Assembly: GCA_963730615.1 (NCBI GenBank)
Contig: CAVSSR010000003.1
Location: 88-64,087 of the forward strand
Reading direction: 5' to 3'
Source of the DNA: an uncultured Bacteroidales bacterium
Lineage (GTDB): Bacteria > Bacteroidota > Bacteroidia > Bacteroidales > VadinHA17
Length of the DNA stretch: 64,000 nt
A program made the position numbers and the translations under genes. Below are positions 42,295-53,034 of this stretch, one piece after another; positions within the stretch are counted from its first letter, which is position 1, and each line of letters starts with the position of its first letter. The notes below the pieces were generated by a model, which saw only the letters and a list, made by a program, of their open reading frames with translations, had not been told where the DNA came from and searched no databases.

Positions 42295-42861
42295 ATGGCA
42301 ACAACAGCAGATTTCAGAAACGGACTGGTAATTGAATACAATAATGACCTGTATGCGATAATACAGTTTCAGCATGTTAAACCGGGCAAGGGACCGGCCT
42401 TCGTGCGCACCAAACTCAGAAATGTCACAACAGGCAGGGTACTTGACAACACCTTCAGCTCAGGCACCAAGGTCAATGTGGCACGCGTGGAGAGAAGACC
42501 CTATCAGTATCTGTACAAGGATGACATGGGGTATCACCTTATGCATACCGAGACATTTGAACAGATCACAGTGCAGGAGTCAATGCTCGACAACAGTGAT
42601 CTTCTCAAGGAAGGTGCTACAGTTGAAGTGGTGGTTCATGCAGATACGGAAAACGTTCTTCTTGTTGACCTCCCCGTCAACGTGGTCATGGAAGTGACTT
42701 ACTCTGAACCCGGGCTTCGCGGCGATACCGCCACCAACACCCTTAAGCCGGCTACAATTGAAAACGGCTCAACCATTATGGTGCCTCTCTTTGTGAATGT
42801 GGGTGACAAGATCCGCATCGATACCCGCGACCGTTCATACATAGAGAGAGTCAAGGGCTGA
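42295..42861 (+). CDS. efp: Elongation factor P
   Basis: [42 protein letters not shown]... is canonical EF-P, 188 aa. Confidence 0.95.
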   Translation: MATTADFRNGLVIEYNNDLYAIIQFQHVKPGKGPAFVRTKLRNVTTGRVLDNTFSSGTKVNVARVERRPYQYLYKDDMGYHLMHTETFEQITVQESMLDNSDLLKEGATVEVVVHADTENVLLVDLPVNVVMEVTYSEPGLRGDTATNTLKPATIENGSTIMVPLFVNVGDKIRIDTRDRSYIERVKG

Positions 42862-42868
42862 CGCTGGA

Positions 42869-44098
42869 ATGATGGATGAGAGCAGGCTTCCCAGGGACAG
42901 GCTTAAGATGTCGAAATTCAAACTCGACGCCCTGCTCGATATCACTCTTTCCATCAATGCAAACTTACCTACAAAAGAGCTTCTCAGGAAGTATGAGTCT
43001 ATCCTGCGCGAGGACCTGGGCATAGGCAAGCTGCTGTTATTCAAATACGGCGAGAAGTGGGAAGCGCTGCTCAACGCGGGCTTCCCTGACAACCTTAAGA
43101 AAAAAATTAATGTGGAGCGTGATCTCAACTGTTATACCGAGATCACCACTGAAGTGAATGCAAAGCCTTTTGAGGCTGTTGATATTATCATTCCTGTCAT
43201 GAACAACAATATCCATACGGCATTCGTGCTGATCGGGGATATTGATGAGGAAGGTGAAGGAATGAGCCCGGTGGTCAAACACCTGAACTTCATTCAGACC
43301 ATATCAAGCATAATTGTGGTTGCCATTGAGAACCAGCGTCTGTTCCGGGAGAGCCTCCGCCAGGAAGCCCTGCGCAAGGAGCTTGAACTGGCAGCACGCA
43401 TGCAGATGATGCTCATCCCTGACAACAAAAAGTTGCCGGCAAACGACAGGATCAGGGTTCAGGGCTTCTATAATCCGCATTATGAGGTGGGAGGCGATTA
43501 TTATGATTTCCTCACCTTGTCTGATACAACGGTGGGCTTCTGTATTGCCGACGTGTCCGGAAAGGGGATGTCAGCCGCCCTTCTGATGTCAAACTTCCAG
43601 GCCAGCCTGAGAGTGCTCTTCACTGCGAATGTCGATCTTGATGTTCTCCTGCGCAAGCTGAACACTGTTGTTGTACTGAACTCGTCCGGGGAATGTTTTA
43701 TCACACTCTTCATAGCCCGGTTCAATATGAACACCAGGGTGCTTGAATATGTCAATGCAGCTCATACCCCGCCGGTTATAATAGATATCATGTCCGGCAC
43801 CTCATCAATGCTGAGACAGTCATGCGTCGGCGTGGGGATGCTGGATGAAATGCCACAGGTGGGTAAAGACAAGATCTCCATCACCCGTCCGACAAAAATA
43901 ATCTGCTATACCGACGGCCTCTCGGAACTGACAGACGACAACGGGAATTTCATCGGAGCCTCAACCGTGGTAAAACACTTCCCGAACTCGAGGCCTATCT
44001 CGGAAAATATTGCCGCCCTGATAGAAGAACTGGATATCCGTGCCGGAAATCCTGATCTGTTTGATGATGTGTCAATACTTGCCCTGGAAATAATGTAA
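42869..44098 (+). CDS. PP2C/SpoIIE-family protein phosphatase with N-terminal GAF-like sensor region
   Basis: EVGGDYYDF, ADVSGKGMSAALLMSNFQ, YVNAAHTPP and YTDGLSEL. The start may be the internal Met at 42908. Confidence 0.8.
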   Translation: MMDESRLPRDRLKMSKFKLDALLDITLSINANLPTKELLRKYESILREDLGIGKLLLFKYGEKWEALLNAGFPDNLKKKINVERDLNCYTEITTEVNAKPFEAVDIIIPVMNNNIHTAFVLIGDIDEEGEGMSPVVKHLNFIQTISSIIVVAIENQRLFRESLRQEALRKELELAARMQMMLIPDNKKLPANDRIRVQGFYNPHYEVGGDYYDFLTLSDTTVGFCIADVSGKGMSAALLMSNFQASLRVLFTANVDLDVLLRKLNTVVVLNSSGECFITLFIARFNMNTRVLEYVNAAHTPPVIIDIMSGTSSMLRQSCVGVGMLDEMPQVGKDKISITRPTKIICYTDGLSELTDDNGNFIGASTVVKHFPNSRPISENIAALIEELDIRAGNPDLFDDVSILALEIM

Positions 44099-44107
44099 GT
44101 TGCAGCA

Positions 44108-45476
44108 TCAGGCCTGCTCGGTCTGCTCCTCTTTTTCTCTTATATCCATCGATACCAGTATCCCGGCAAAGCCCCACCATAGCGCAGCGATCTTGTCGCT
44201 GTCGAGGAAGCTGTTCATTATGCCGTGAACGACATATGTCATCAGGCCCGTCAGTATTGCCAGGGCGAAATACCCGTTAAAGGTTCTCTTCTCCCTGTAC
44301 CAGACCCTGATACCGGTAAAAACGATGAAACCCGTGAGCAGCAGATATAATAAAGCCCCGGGCAAGCCTGACTCGCTCATCGTGCCGAGGTATTCGCTGT
44401 GGGCATTACCGGCATCGCCGAAGTCAGTGCTTATGATGGTTCTGTCCGCCGCCTTCTGGAACGGGCCGTAATTGAACTGATAAGTGCCCGGACCCCACCC
44501 GAACAGTGGTTTCTCCTCAGACATCCTGAGTGCACATTTCCATCTGTTTATGCGTTCAAGGTTCGACTGATCGGTGGAGATATTTGACGATGACCGGAGA
44601 TGCTGGCCGAGATCAGCCGACGAATCCTCTGTAGTGCTGTCCATCTTCTGCCATATCCAGCCTGCTGAAAGAACTATTGCCACAATAAAACCGGCAGCCG
44701 TTAGGGTGAGAAGCCTGACGGGCATCCTGAGCCACAAAATTGACGACAGCGCCAGTGCTGCGATCAGGCTCACCCATGCCGCCCTGCTGTATGAAAAGAT
44801 AAAACCGGCCAGAAACAGAATTATCAGCACAGACACGAACACCCTCGAAGCGACGCCGCTACCTTTCCTGATGAGAATAACCGCCAGCGGAGTCAGGAAG
44901 AAAAGCCATTGAGGCTCCGAATGATGTATGATCATTATAAAAGGGATAGCAGGCTGAATGTGCAAACTGCTGGTTCAGCAGCCCCGCACCTTCTGCCCTG
45001 ACAAGGAAATAAATCACCACAACAGCGAGCCCTGTTGAATATGCGATAATATATTTCCCGGCAAAGCGTTCGCTTCTGAACAACTGGGCTGCAATAAGGT
45101 AGAAGCCTGCAATGAACCACATCCGGTAGGCAAGCGTCTTGAATGAGACGCCCGGCATTGTCGATGTCAGTGAGGTCACCAGTGTCCATACAAGATAGAG
45201 ACCGATAAGAACGGTCACAGGATGCCTCAGGAGCTTTACGGAAAATTCGCGTGTGACAATAAGCTTGAACAGGGTTATAAAAAGCAGCAGTGCAAGTACA
45301 GGCTCTGTTGGCACGGAAAGATCAAAGCCCGCACTGCCCGTGAGATAACTGATCTGGATTGAAAGAGGGGTCAGGAACAGCGTCAGAAGCAACAGATGCT
45401 CGAGGGAGAGCACGGCCAGCATGACAACAGCCAGTCCTGCAGGGATAAGCCATATCAGTAATTCAATGCCGTTCAT
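44108..45476 (-). pseudogene. O-antigen ligase (Wzy_C-domain) family membrane protein; frame interrupted once
   Basis: Polytopic membrane protein. FSYSRAAWVSLIAALAL matches the O-antigen ligase loop motif. Fragments 44859-45476 and 44108-44965. Confidence 0.7.
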
Positions 45477-46350
45477 CAGTGCGGTGCACCTTCACGCCTT
45501 CGGCCACAAAGAGTACCAGCGCGGCAAGAACAAGAACAGACAGAGTCGAGACAATGACCATTATGCTCCTGCGCGGGTAAACTTTCTTCTCAGCCACCAC
45601 AGCCCTGTCAACAACCAGAGTGTAGGGCATAGTCTGCTGGCTCAGCGCCAGAGCTTCAAGATATCTCCCCCTTATCAGGCCCAGGTATTCTGTCTCCGTG
45701 TCAAGAGTGGCATAGGCCTTTAATACGGCTGCTCCCTTGAGAATTATAAGGGAATCCTCATACTGTCTGACGAGGCGATCCTGCATCTCATAGCTCCTGC
45801 TGATCTCATCGAGCATGGCAGCAGCGGCATTGCGCTGCAGTTTATTGAAGATGGTGTCGCTCTGCGAAGCCATGTCATTGGCCATGGCACATGCAAGCTC
45901 CCTGTCCCGGTCCCTCACCCTGATCTCGACCGACCCGAAGGAGGTTTTGGAGGAATGTATATACCTGTCCATCTTCTCGGCTATGAGCGTTTTGGGGTAT
46001 TTCTCCGAGGGTTTGATATTGTAATGTTCAGCAAGATTGTACTTCATCTTAAGATAATCCCTGACCTGTTCGCTGCTGATAACCTGCAGCAGTTTCTCGG
46101 TGGCATCATCATCACCGTAGAGGGTTGTTTTCGAGGAGGCCTCACCAAGCAGGGTGCTTGCTTCGGTAATGTTCGATGAAGGATAGAGGATAACCGTTGA
46201 TTCATACAGCGGCTTAATCAGCAGCGAGATCACTGCTGACAGTACTCCTGCCAGAATTCCGGTGACAAGAAATACCCTGAAATGGCTGATGATAAAATTT
46301 ATCAGATCAATCGAGTCCGGTTTGAATTCAGCTTTTATGTTACTCTTCAT
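45463..46350 (-). CDS. Wzz-like chain-length-determinant-domain protein
   Basis: N-terminal and C-terminal TM helices flank a coiled periplasmic region. IDLINFIISHFRVFLVTGIL..LIKPLYEST is Wzz-like. Confidence 0.65.
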   Translation of the reverse strand: MKSNIKAEFKPDSIDLINFIISHFRVFLVTGILAGVLSAVISLLIKPLYESTVILYPSSNITEASTLLGEASSKTTLYGDDDATEKLLQVISSEQVRDYLKMKYNLAEHYNIKPSEKYPKTLIAEKMDRYIHSSKTSFGSVEIRVRDRDRELACAMANDMASQSDTIFNKLQRNAAAAMLDEISRSYEMQDRLVRQYEDSLIILKGAAVLKAYATLDTETEYLGLIRGRYLEALALSQQTMPYTLVVDRAVVAEKKVYPRRSIMVIVSTLSVLVLAALVLFVAEGVKVHRTDERH

Positions 46351-46367
46351 CTCGTCCGGTTTTAAAT

Positions 46368-47665
46368 TTACATGACCCTGATAAGATAATAGCTCTTTTT
46401 ACCTTTCTGGAGCAGCAGGTATTTATTATTCAGCAGTTTATCCGGTTTGATGATCAGCTCCGGATCGTCAATTTTCTCCTTGTTGAGGCTGACCCCTCCG
46501 CCCTGCACCAGGCGTCTGAACTCACCCTTTGATTCAGTGATTTTTGTGTGCACGGCGCACAGGTCGGAGACTGTTACTCCGGCAGATAACATTCCGGGAG
46601 TTATGTCATACATCGGCACGCCTTCAAAGACGGCAAGGAAGGTGTTTTCTTCCATGCGCTGCAGCTGTTCTGTTGTTCCCTTCCCGAACAGTATCTGGGA
46701 AGCCTCAACGGCCCCTTCATAGTCTTCCCGTGAGTGTGCCATTACTGTCACCTCCTCTGCGAGACGCTTCTGCAGGATGCGCAGATGCGGCTCAGCCCGG
46801 TGAGCTTTCACCAGCTCATCTATCTCGCTGTGTGACAGCATGGTGAATATCTTAATAAACTTCTCCGCATCGTCGTCCGCCACATTCAGCCAGAACTGGA
46901 TAGAACTGGTAAGGCGTTGTCTTCGCGGGGTCAAGCCACACATTGCCTGTCTCGGTCTTGCCGAATTTCTGTCCGTCGCTTTTTGTTATCAGCGGGCATG
47001 TCATGGCATAGGCTTCGCCTCCGGTCTTGCGTCTGATGAGCTCGGTGCCCGTCACAATGTTGCCCCACTGGTCAGAGCCGCCCATCTGCAGCTTGCAGCC
47101 ATAGGTATTATAGAGATAAAGGAAATCGGTACCCTGCACCAGCTGATATGAGAACTCGGTGAATGACATCCCCTGACCGGTGTCGGAGTCAAGTCTTTTT
47201 TTCACGGAGTCTTTGGCCATCATGTAATTGACTGTGATGTGCTTTCCTATATCCCGGATAAAGCCAAGGAAGGAATACTCCCTCATCCAGTCATAGTTGT
47301 TGACCATCAAAGCCCTGTTGGGGGAATGCTGATCCGAAGTCAAGGAATTTCTCGAACTGTTTTTTCATCCCCTCCTGGTTATGGCGGAGTGTCTGTTCGT
47401 CAAGAAGGTTTCGCTCCTCCGATTTCCCTGACGGATCACCTATCATTCCCGTGGCGCCGCCGATAAGTACAATGGGCGTGTGGCCGGCATTCTGCAGGTG
47501 TCTCAGCATCATCACTCCCACGAGGTGGCCGATATGCAGGGAATCGGCCGTGGGATCGAAGCCCACGTATGCAGCAGTCTTTTCCTTCAGCAGAAATTCC
47601 TCTGTTCCGGGCATGATATCATGTATCATACCTCTCCATTTCAGTTCTTCGACAAAATTCATCAT
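46368..47665 (-). pseudogene. tyrS: Tyrosine--tRNA ligase; frame interrupted twice
   Basis: [13 protein letters not shown] (HIGH), [14 protein letters not shown] (KMSKS-like) and a C-terminal S4-like domain. Fragments 47291-47665, 46852-47343 and 46368-46943. Confidence 0.9.
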
Positions 47666-47706
47666 CGGCAGCTCAAAATTCAGTGTCGCAAAGATATCAA
47701 AACCGG

Positions 47707-48243
47707 TCAGATGGTGACACCCTGCGGTTTGTTTTTATGGCGGTTGAAACTGTCAAGCAGATCGCCGCCTTCCACTATCGGGAAAATTGCGGGAATGATA
47801 TCAGCGATAGGATTATAGAGAAATGACTTTTCTATTGTGGCGGAGGGCAAAAAGTGTCTTTTTTCATCTATGGTATTAAGAAAAACGAAAACGACACTAA
47901 GGATCAGTGCGGTCTTGATCACTCCGAAAACAGCGCCCAGCGATTTCACCACGAAACCCAGCGACACCGATTTAACAATTGTATCCAATAGCCTGCCGAG
48001 CAGGTTTATGCACAGGACAATAACGACAAAGGTGATTGCAAAGGCAACAATACCTGTCCAGGTTTCCTGCATGTCGAACCAGCCGGAGAGTTTGTCTGCT
48101 GTCCAGCCCGAGAAATGTATGGCTCCCCAGATGCCCAGGATCAGTGCTGCCAGCTTTGCAATCTCGATTATCAGTCCGTCAATGAAACCCTGTATCAGCC
48201 CGAAGGCAAGAAGGGCGATAATAACAAAGTCAATCCAGTTCAT
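47707..48243 (-). CDS. cvpA: CvpA-family membrane protein
   Basis: [20 protein letters not shown] start typical of CvpA, with four TM segments. Confidence 0.8.
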   Translation of the reverse strand: MNWIDFVIIALLAFGLIQGFIDGLIIEIAKLAALILGIWGAIHFSGWTADKLSGWFDMQETWTGIVAFAITFVVIVLCINLLGRLLDTIVKSVSLGFVVKSLGAVFGVIKTALILSVVFVFLNTIDEKRHFLPSATIEKSFLYNPIADIIPAIFPIVEGGDLLDSFNRHKNKPQGVTI

Positions 48244-48249
48244 TGTTCA

Positions 48250-48399
48250 GTACGTTTGAAGGGATGAAGGTAGGAATTTGGCAGGCAATAGGCAATAGAG
48301 GGGCGAACGTTAAAAAATGATCCGGTGAATCATTTTAGTGAGCAGCCAGCCTTTAGGGGAGGCAGCAGGCAGTAGTCTTGCCACAAAATCGTCTGGCTG
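48250..48399 (-). repeat. GC-rich intergenic element, family copy E4 (minus orientation)
   Basis: The minus strand reads GCCAGACGATTTTGTGGCA ... CGCCCCTCTATTGCCTATTGCCTGCC, the same motif order as E1/E2. It also holds an A/T-rich hairpin AAATGAT-N7-ATCATTT + T-run, a possible terminator of the beta-lactamase-like gene. Confidence 0.35.
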
Positions 48400-49188
48400 T
48401 CAGATCACCCCGAGTTCCTTTAGTACGTCTTTTACAATATCGTAGCGGGCCTTTGCTTTACCGTCGTAATCATCTGTCCTGAAGTTCATGGCATAGAACC
48501 ATGGTACTCCGTCTTTCTCGACATAGCCCACCAGCCACATGATATATTCCGTATCTGACAACATCCCGCCGCCGGCCTTGCCACAAAGAGTATAATCATC
48601 TGTTTTCTCAAGGATGATAAGATCTTTAACGATATCAATTGATTCCCTTGATACAGGCAGGTTATAACTATAGAATTTTCTCAGGAAGTCAATCTGCTGG
48701 TTGGCACTTATTCTGAATGCGCCGGCAAGCCAGAAGCGTGAAGGAGGTCCTTCAAGGTTTTTATTGCCGTAGTCAAATGCCCGTACATATTCATAGTACT
48801 TATCAATGCCAATTTTCTCCGCCAATCCTGTATAAACCCAAACGCATGAGTATTTCATTGCCGTTCTGAGGGTCTGATCCTGGTTCCACGAAGCAACAGG
48901 CCACTCATGACCGTCCCATTTAATAATCTGGTCAGGGTCGCTTATCACACCCTCATTCAACAGGATCAGCGAATTGGGAATCTTAAATGTCGAGGCAGGC
49001 AGATAACCGGTATCGCAGAGTGAAGAGTTGTACCTGATAAACTCATTTTCCGCCTGATTGTAAAGGACTATACAACCGTCCACGCCGTACTTCTCAAAAT
49101 GTGCCTTAAAATTCCGCTCCGTTGCTTTTTGAGCACACCCGGTCACGATAATCATCAGGACACCGAAGAATGATATAGCATGCTTCAT
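48400..49188 (-). CDS. Class D (OXA-like) beta-lactamase-family lipoprotein
   Basis: Lipobox IVTGC. Also STFK (PASTFKIPNS), SxV (YSCVWVY), YGN (FDYGNKN), FWLAGAFRISANQQIDFL, KAG at the KTG/KSG position, and WLVGYVE. Confidence 0.8.
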   Translation of the reverse strand: MKHAISFFGVLMIIVTGCAQKATERNFKAHFEKYGVDGCIVLYNQAENEFIRYNSSLCDTGYLPASTFKIPNSLILLNEGVISDPDQIIKWDGHEWPVASWNQDQTLRTAMKYSCVWVYTGLAEKIGIDKYYEYVRAFDYGNKNLEGPPSRFWLAGAFRISANQQIDFLRKFYSYNLPVSRESIDIVKDLIILEKTDDYTLCGKAGGGMLSDTEYIMWLVGYVEKDGVPWFYAMNFRTDDYDGKAKARYDIVKDVLKELGVI

Positions 49189-49234
49189 ATACCTCATAAA
49201 TCAAATATCCTCATTCCTTGTTCGATATTCATTT

Positions 49235-49267
49235 TGCCCCTGCCCTATGCTATGTGCTCTGTGCTCC
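49235..49267 (+). repeat. Short copy (E3) of the CTGCCCC + YATGCYC-type repeat
   Basis: TGCCCCTGCCCTATGCTATGTGCTCTGTGCTCC aligns with 31528-31555. Confidence 0.45.
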
Positions 49268-49278
49268 ACGCCCTTTAT

Positions 49279-49701
49279 TCATTTGAGGCTCTTTTTATAC
49301 TCAATAACAGCTAAAAGATCCTTTACCTGCTCTTTTCTTCTCATCTCAATTGCCAGGGGGAACAGGGTGCCAATGGGTTTTTTGGATTTAAATTCTTCCT
49401 TAATGCTTTTATCAATGTCAAGCTCAAGTATCCCCGGGCAGTGTCTTGCAACGAAGTAAAATCCCGCTTTGAAATACCCGTCCCACACCGATAGCCAGAA
49501 AACCGTCTTCTTTTTAAAGCCCACTTTGCACAGCCAGGCTTTCCCGTCCTTATAATAATGCCACTGTGGTACAAGCCCGTAACCGGCACCTGTGATCTGT
49601 TTCATTGTTTCCTCGTAGGCAGGATAGCTGTCCTTCAGGACACTTCTCAGTATTTCATCTGAGGGATAAGCATCGGGGTCTTTCAATAATGGTGTTTCCA
49701 T
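49279..49701 (-). CDS. DUF3788-domain protein
   Basis: WHYYKDGKAWLCKVGFKKKTVFWLSVWDGYFKAGFYF pattern, 140 aa. Confidence 0.7.
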   Translation of the reverse strand: METPLLKDPDAYPSDEILRSVLKDSYPAYEETMKQITGAGYGLVPQWHYYKDGKAWLCKVGFKKKTVFWLSVWDGYFKAGFYFVARHCPGILELDIDKSIKEEFKSKKPIGTLFPLAIEMRRKEQVKDLLAVIEYKKSLK

Positions 49702-49754
49702 TCTTCTTATATCTGAATGATTTTCGCCTGTAATTATATTCTTTCCAATAGCCG

Positions 49755-51524
49755 TTACTTTACAACCAGTTTAGTATGTCTGATTCGATCCCTGCCTTTG
49801 ACTGTTAAAATATAGATGCCTGATTTCATCTGGTCATTAAGGGGAAAAATGATTTCATTGGCTCCCTCATCCGGCATCGGTATTATTTCAGAACAAATCA
49901 ATTGCCCGGAAAGACTGCTTATTGACATTAATGCGTCCCCGCCAGCCCAGTCGCTGCTGAATGAAATATTTACTATGCCTCCTGTTGCCGGATTGGGATA
50001 AACCGAAAAGGTATTCACGGCTGGCAGATCGTCAATTCCTGTCTGTAAGGTACCGAATACTTCGAATTCAAAAATTGAATTCCCGTACTGGGTGGTTCTG
50101 GCAGTTGATAACATCCTGATATATCTGGCTGTTGCAGTGAATGAAAAATTATCAGTTCCCCCGTCGCCGCCGGTCGTTGAAAATACCCGTGTCCATGTAG
50201 TCGCGTTGTTTGAAACCTGAATTTCAAAATTCTTTGCTGCGGCTGCCTCCCAGAAAATTCTTGCACCTGTAATATTGTAAGCAGACTGAAGATCAATTCT
50301 TATCCATTGCGGATCGGAAAACGCTGATGACCATCGGGTACTCTTATTTCCGTCGTTTACAGCCGAGGCAGGTGTTGATGCACTTTCCACGGATGATGCT
50401 GAAGCCGGTTTATTGAGAGCTATATTGGGAGGACCCACAGTTACCGAAACCTCATCATAATCGGTTTTGCCTCCGGCAGTCACTGTAATCCTGAATGTAT
50501 AGGTGCCGGCGACAAGATCTGAAACAACAGGGCCGGCAACTGCTGTACTGCTGAAGGTGGCTGTGTTTGGCCCGCTTACCTGGGTCCAGACTATGGATGG
50601 TGCATCTCCGTTTGCGTCATATACTGATCCGTTAAGGGTTGTGCTTGAAGCAGGCTGATTTATAAATATGTCCATTCCGGCCATTGTTACCGGTGGCAGA
50701 TCAGAAGTCATTCCCTGAAACGCCATGCCGGCATAAAGCTGCCCGAGTTTTGTCAGAGCCCCGTTTGCTCCGAGCAGACTTATATCCGGATTAATGCCAA
50801 CCCTTGTGGCAAACCAGGAATATCTGAAAACAATCGGGTCGTTTTCAAGTATCGGAATGGCTTCCTTCATGTATTTCACGACGCCTTCAAAGTCGGGCTT
50901 TGGCGGGTCCCATGGAGCAAACTCGGTGATCCACAGAGGCTTGTTGTATTTCCTGAATTTATCCAGATAGTTGCTTAAGGCTGCTGAGCCCGGGGCATAG
51001 CTGTGAATGGCAATATAATCGACTTTGCAGCCCGGACAGGCAGCAAAGAATTTATCGAGCCAGTCAACCGGATCATTGGTTACTCCATCCACACAATCGC
51101 CGCACCAGTTTACGGCCGGACTTACAAGTTGCAGTCCTTTATCGGCAGCAATTTTTTCAAGGTTTGGCCACATTGAAGCAGCCTGGGCAGGTGTAATGTT
51201 TGCCTGCGACTTAAAGTTAGGTTCGTTAAATCCGAGGAGATACTTACTTCCTGCCGGTATCCTGGCTTCAATCCCTGCCACATCGCCCGCATACACGGCA
51301 CCCCAGCACATCGGCACCCATTCGATCCCTGACAGTTGGCCCTGTGACACGGCCGGAGGTTCTACTCCCCAGTCGTAATACCATGTAACAGACGGGGCCA
51401 GTATGACCAGGTCCTGTGGTGAAGCATCGCCGCATATACCCCGTTTCGGGCTTTTAGTCTGACCGTATGTAAAAGAAGACAGGCCAAACAGGAGAATCGC
51501 AGATGCAAAAAGGATTCGCCTCAT
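49755..51524 (-). CDS. Secreted glycoside hydrolase (GH128-like catalytic core) + Ig/PKD-like + F5/8 type C (discoidin) domain + T9SS CTD
   Basis: KRGICGD..WYYDWG..GFNEPNF..PLWITEFA for the catalytic core. NKPASASS..NDGNKSTRWSS..WIRIDL for the discoidin domain. C-terminal FSVYPNPATGG..GIYILTVKG. Confidence 0.75.
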   Translation of the reverse strand: MRRILFASAILLFGLSSFTYGQTKSPKRGICGDASPQDLVILAPSVTWYYDWGVEPPAVSQGQLSGIEWVPMCWGAVYAGDVAGIEARIPAGSKYLLGFNEPNFKSQANITPAQAASMWPNLEKIAADKGLQLVSPAVNWCGDCVDGVTNDPVDWLDKFFAACPGCKVDYIAIHSYAPGSAALSNYLDKFRKYNKPLWITEFAPWDPPKPDFEGVVKYMKEAIPILENDPIVFRYSWFATRVGINPDISLLGANGALTKLGQLYAGMAFQGMTSDLPPVTMAGMDIFINQPASSTTLNGSVYDANGDAPSIVWTQVSGPNTATFSSTAVAGPVVSDLVAGTYTFRITVTAGGKTDYDEVSVTVGPPNIALNKPASASSVESASTPASAVNDGNKSTRWSSAFSDPQWIRIDLQSAYNITGARIFWEAAAAKNFEIQVSNNATTWTRVFSTTGGDGGTDNFSFTATARYIRMLSTARTTQYGNSIFEFEVFGTLQTGIDDLPAVNTFSVYPNPATGGIVNISFSSDWAGGDALMSISSLSGQLICSEIIPMPDEGANEIIFPLNDQMKSGIYILTVKGRDRIRHTKLVVK

Positions 51525-51563
51525 TATTGCCGGATTAACTGTTCATCCATAATCTGAATTACT

Positions 51564-52265
51564 TTATTGAAAGACTATCCTGTACCCGAATGAAAATGAT
51601 ATAGGAAATAAACCTTGTTCAAACACCACGCCGTATACCTGTTCCAGATAATCCATATAATCCTGTACTTCAGAACTTCTGAAAGGCACAAATAAGGATA
51701 CGCTTATGTAGTCGTCCGAATACTTAAAGGGCTTGAAATCCAGTCCCGCCCCAACAGTGGCACCGTAAAATACTTTATTCAGTTCTCCCATGTCAGCAAC
51801 CCTGATTACGGCATTATATCCGTACATCGCCAGAACAGATACCAACACATGACTGGAGCTGCTCCCGATAGCAATCCTGGATTTGATGCCGAGGTTGTAA
51901 CCCACACTGGCCAGATTGTAGCCGATACCGCAAAAAAGTCCGAAATTTCTCTGCGGGTAATACAGAATGTTACCGCCGAACCCGCCGTAATCCTGCCCTA
52001 TACCCAAACCAGCTGAAAGTTTGTCGAAAGTTACTACAGAGTTGGTCTGCAATACCAGCTCATTCAATAACTCGGTGTTCGTTGTTTTTGGAACGGAAGC
52101 CGTATCCTGAACAGGTATTGCCGGGGTTTTTGCGCTAACTGTCAGGGAATCCTTTTTTTCTGTCTCCGCAGGTTTTTTGACTGTTGTCACGACCACGGGC
52201 TCCTGGGAAAAACCAATTCCATCCAGGAAAAACAGAAAAGATGCAATCAGAATGAAGTGCTTCAT
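51564..52265 (-). CDS. Hypothetical outer-membrane beta-barrel-like protein
   Basis: Signal peptide MKHFILIASFLFFL, Gly/aromatic-rich strands, and a terminal FSFGYRIVFQ. Start moved to an internal Met. Confidence 0.5.
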   Translation of the reverse strand: MKHFILIASFLFFLDGIGFSQEPVVVTTVKKPAETEKKDSLTVSAKTPAIPVQDTASVPKTTNTELLNELVLQTNSVVTFDKLSAGLGIGQDYGGFGGNILYYPQRNFGLFCGIGYNLASVGYNLGIKSRIAIGSSSSHVLVSVLAMYGYNAVIRVADMGELNKVFYGATVGAGLDFKPFKYSDDYISVSLFVPFRSSEVQDYMDYLEQVYGVVFEQGLFPISFSFGYRIVFQ

Positions 52266-52406
52266 TCCACAGAATGATGAAATACCTGATCCGGAGCGGG
52301 AAATAAGACCTTGTTTCTGAATGTTTTTCATGCGGATAGATTTACTCTCAAATATAAACAGAAAGATCCTGCAGTGCAAAAACCGCGGAAATCTAGACTT
52401 CAAGGC

Positions 52407-53007
52407 CTAAAGACCGCAACTCCTGCCTGAGCTGGTTCTGCCGAGTTGAAAGTGTATCGAATGAAACCCCAGCTCCGCGGCCGCTTCCGCGTTGGCTTTG
52501 TTGTCGTCAATATAAACCGATTCTGCCGGATTGATATTGTATCTGTTCATCAGCACCCGGTAAATGGCATGATCAGGTTTGAGGAGCTTCTCATACCCCG
52601 AAACCACTATGCCGTCAAATTGTTTCATGAAGCCATAGCGTTCATAAGCTACCGGAAAAGCTTCATGCGACCAGTTTGTCAACGCGTAGAGGGGCATTCC
52701 GGCCGATTTAAGCTCATTGAAGATCTTTACCGTATCATTGAGCTCCCCGCCAAGCATCTCCTCCCAGCGGCCGTAATAAAGGGCAATTTTATCACTGTAC
52801 TCCGGAAATTTGGCGGAGAGCTCGGCAGTGGCTTCGCTGAAAAGCTTGCCGCCATCCTGCTGAACATTCCATTCATAAGTGCATATCTCTGGACAGGAAC
52901 CATTCCATCTCCTCCTCGCTGTTGAAAATCTTACGGTACATATGTCTGGGGTTCCAGTCTATAAGGACGCCCCCGATGTCAAAGACAACGGTTTTAATAT
53001 TGCTCAT
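52407..53007 (-). pseudogene. HAD-superfamily hydrolase (subfamily IA); frame interrupted once
   Basis: ATG at 53007 gives MSNIKTVVFDIGGVLIDW (DxG motif I). The C-terminal fragment 52407-52757 has YIDDNKANAEAA (motif IV). Confidence 0.75.
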
Positions 53008-53034
53008 GCTTTAAAAATCAAGACGCAATATTAA

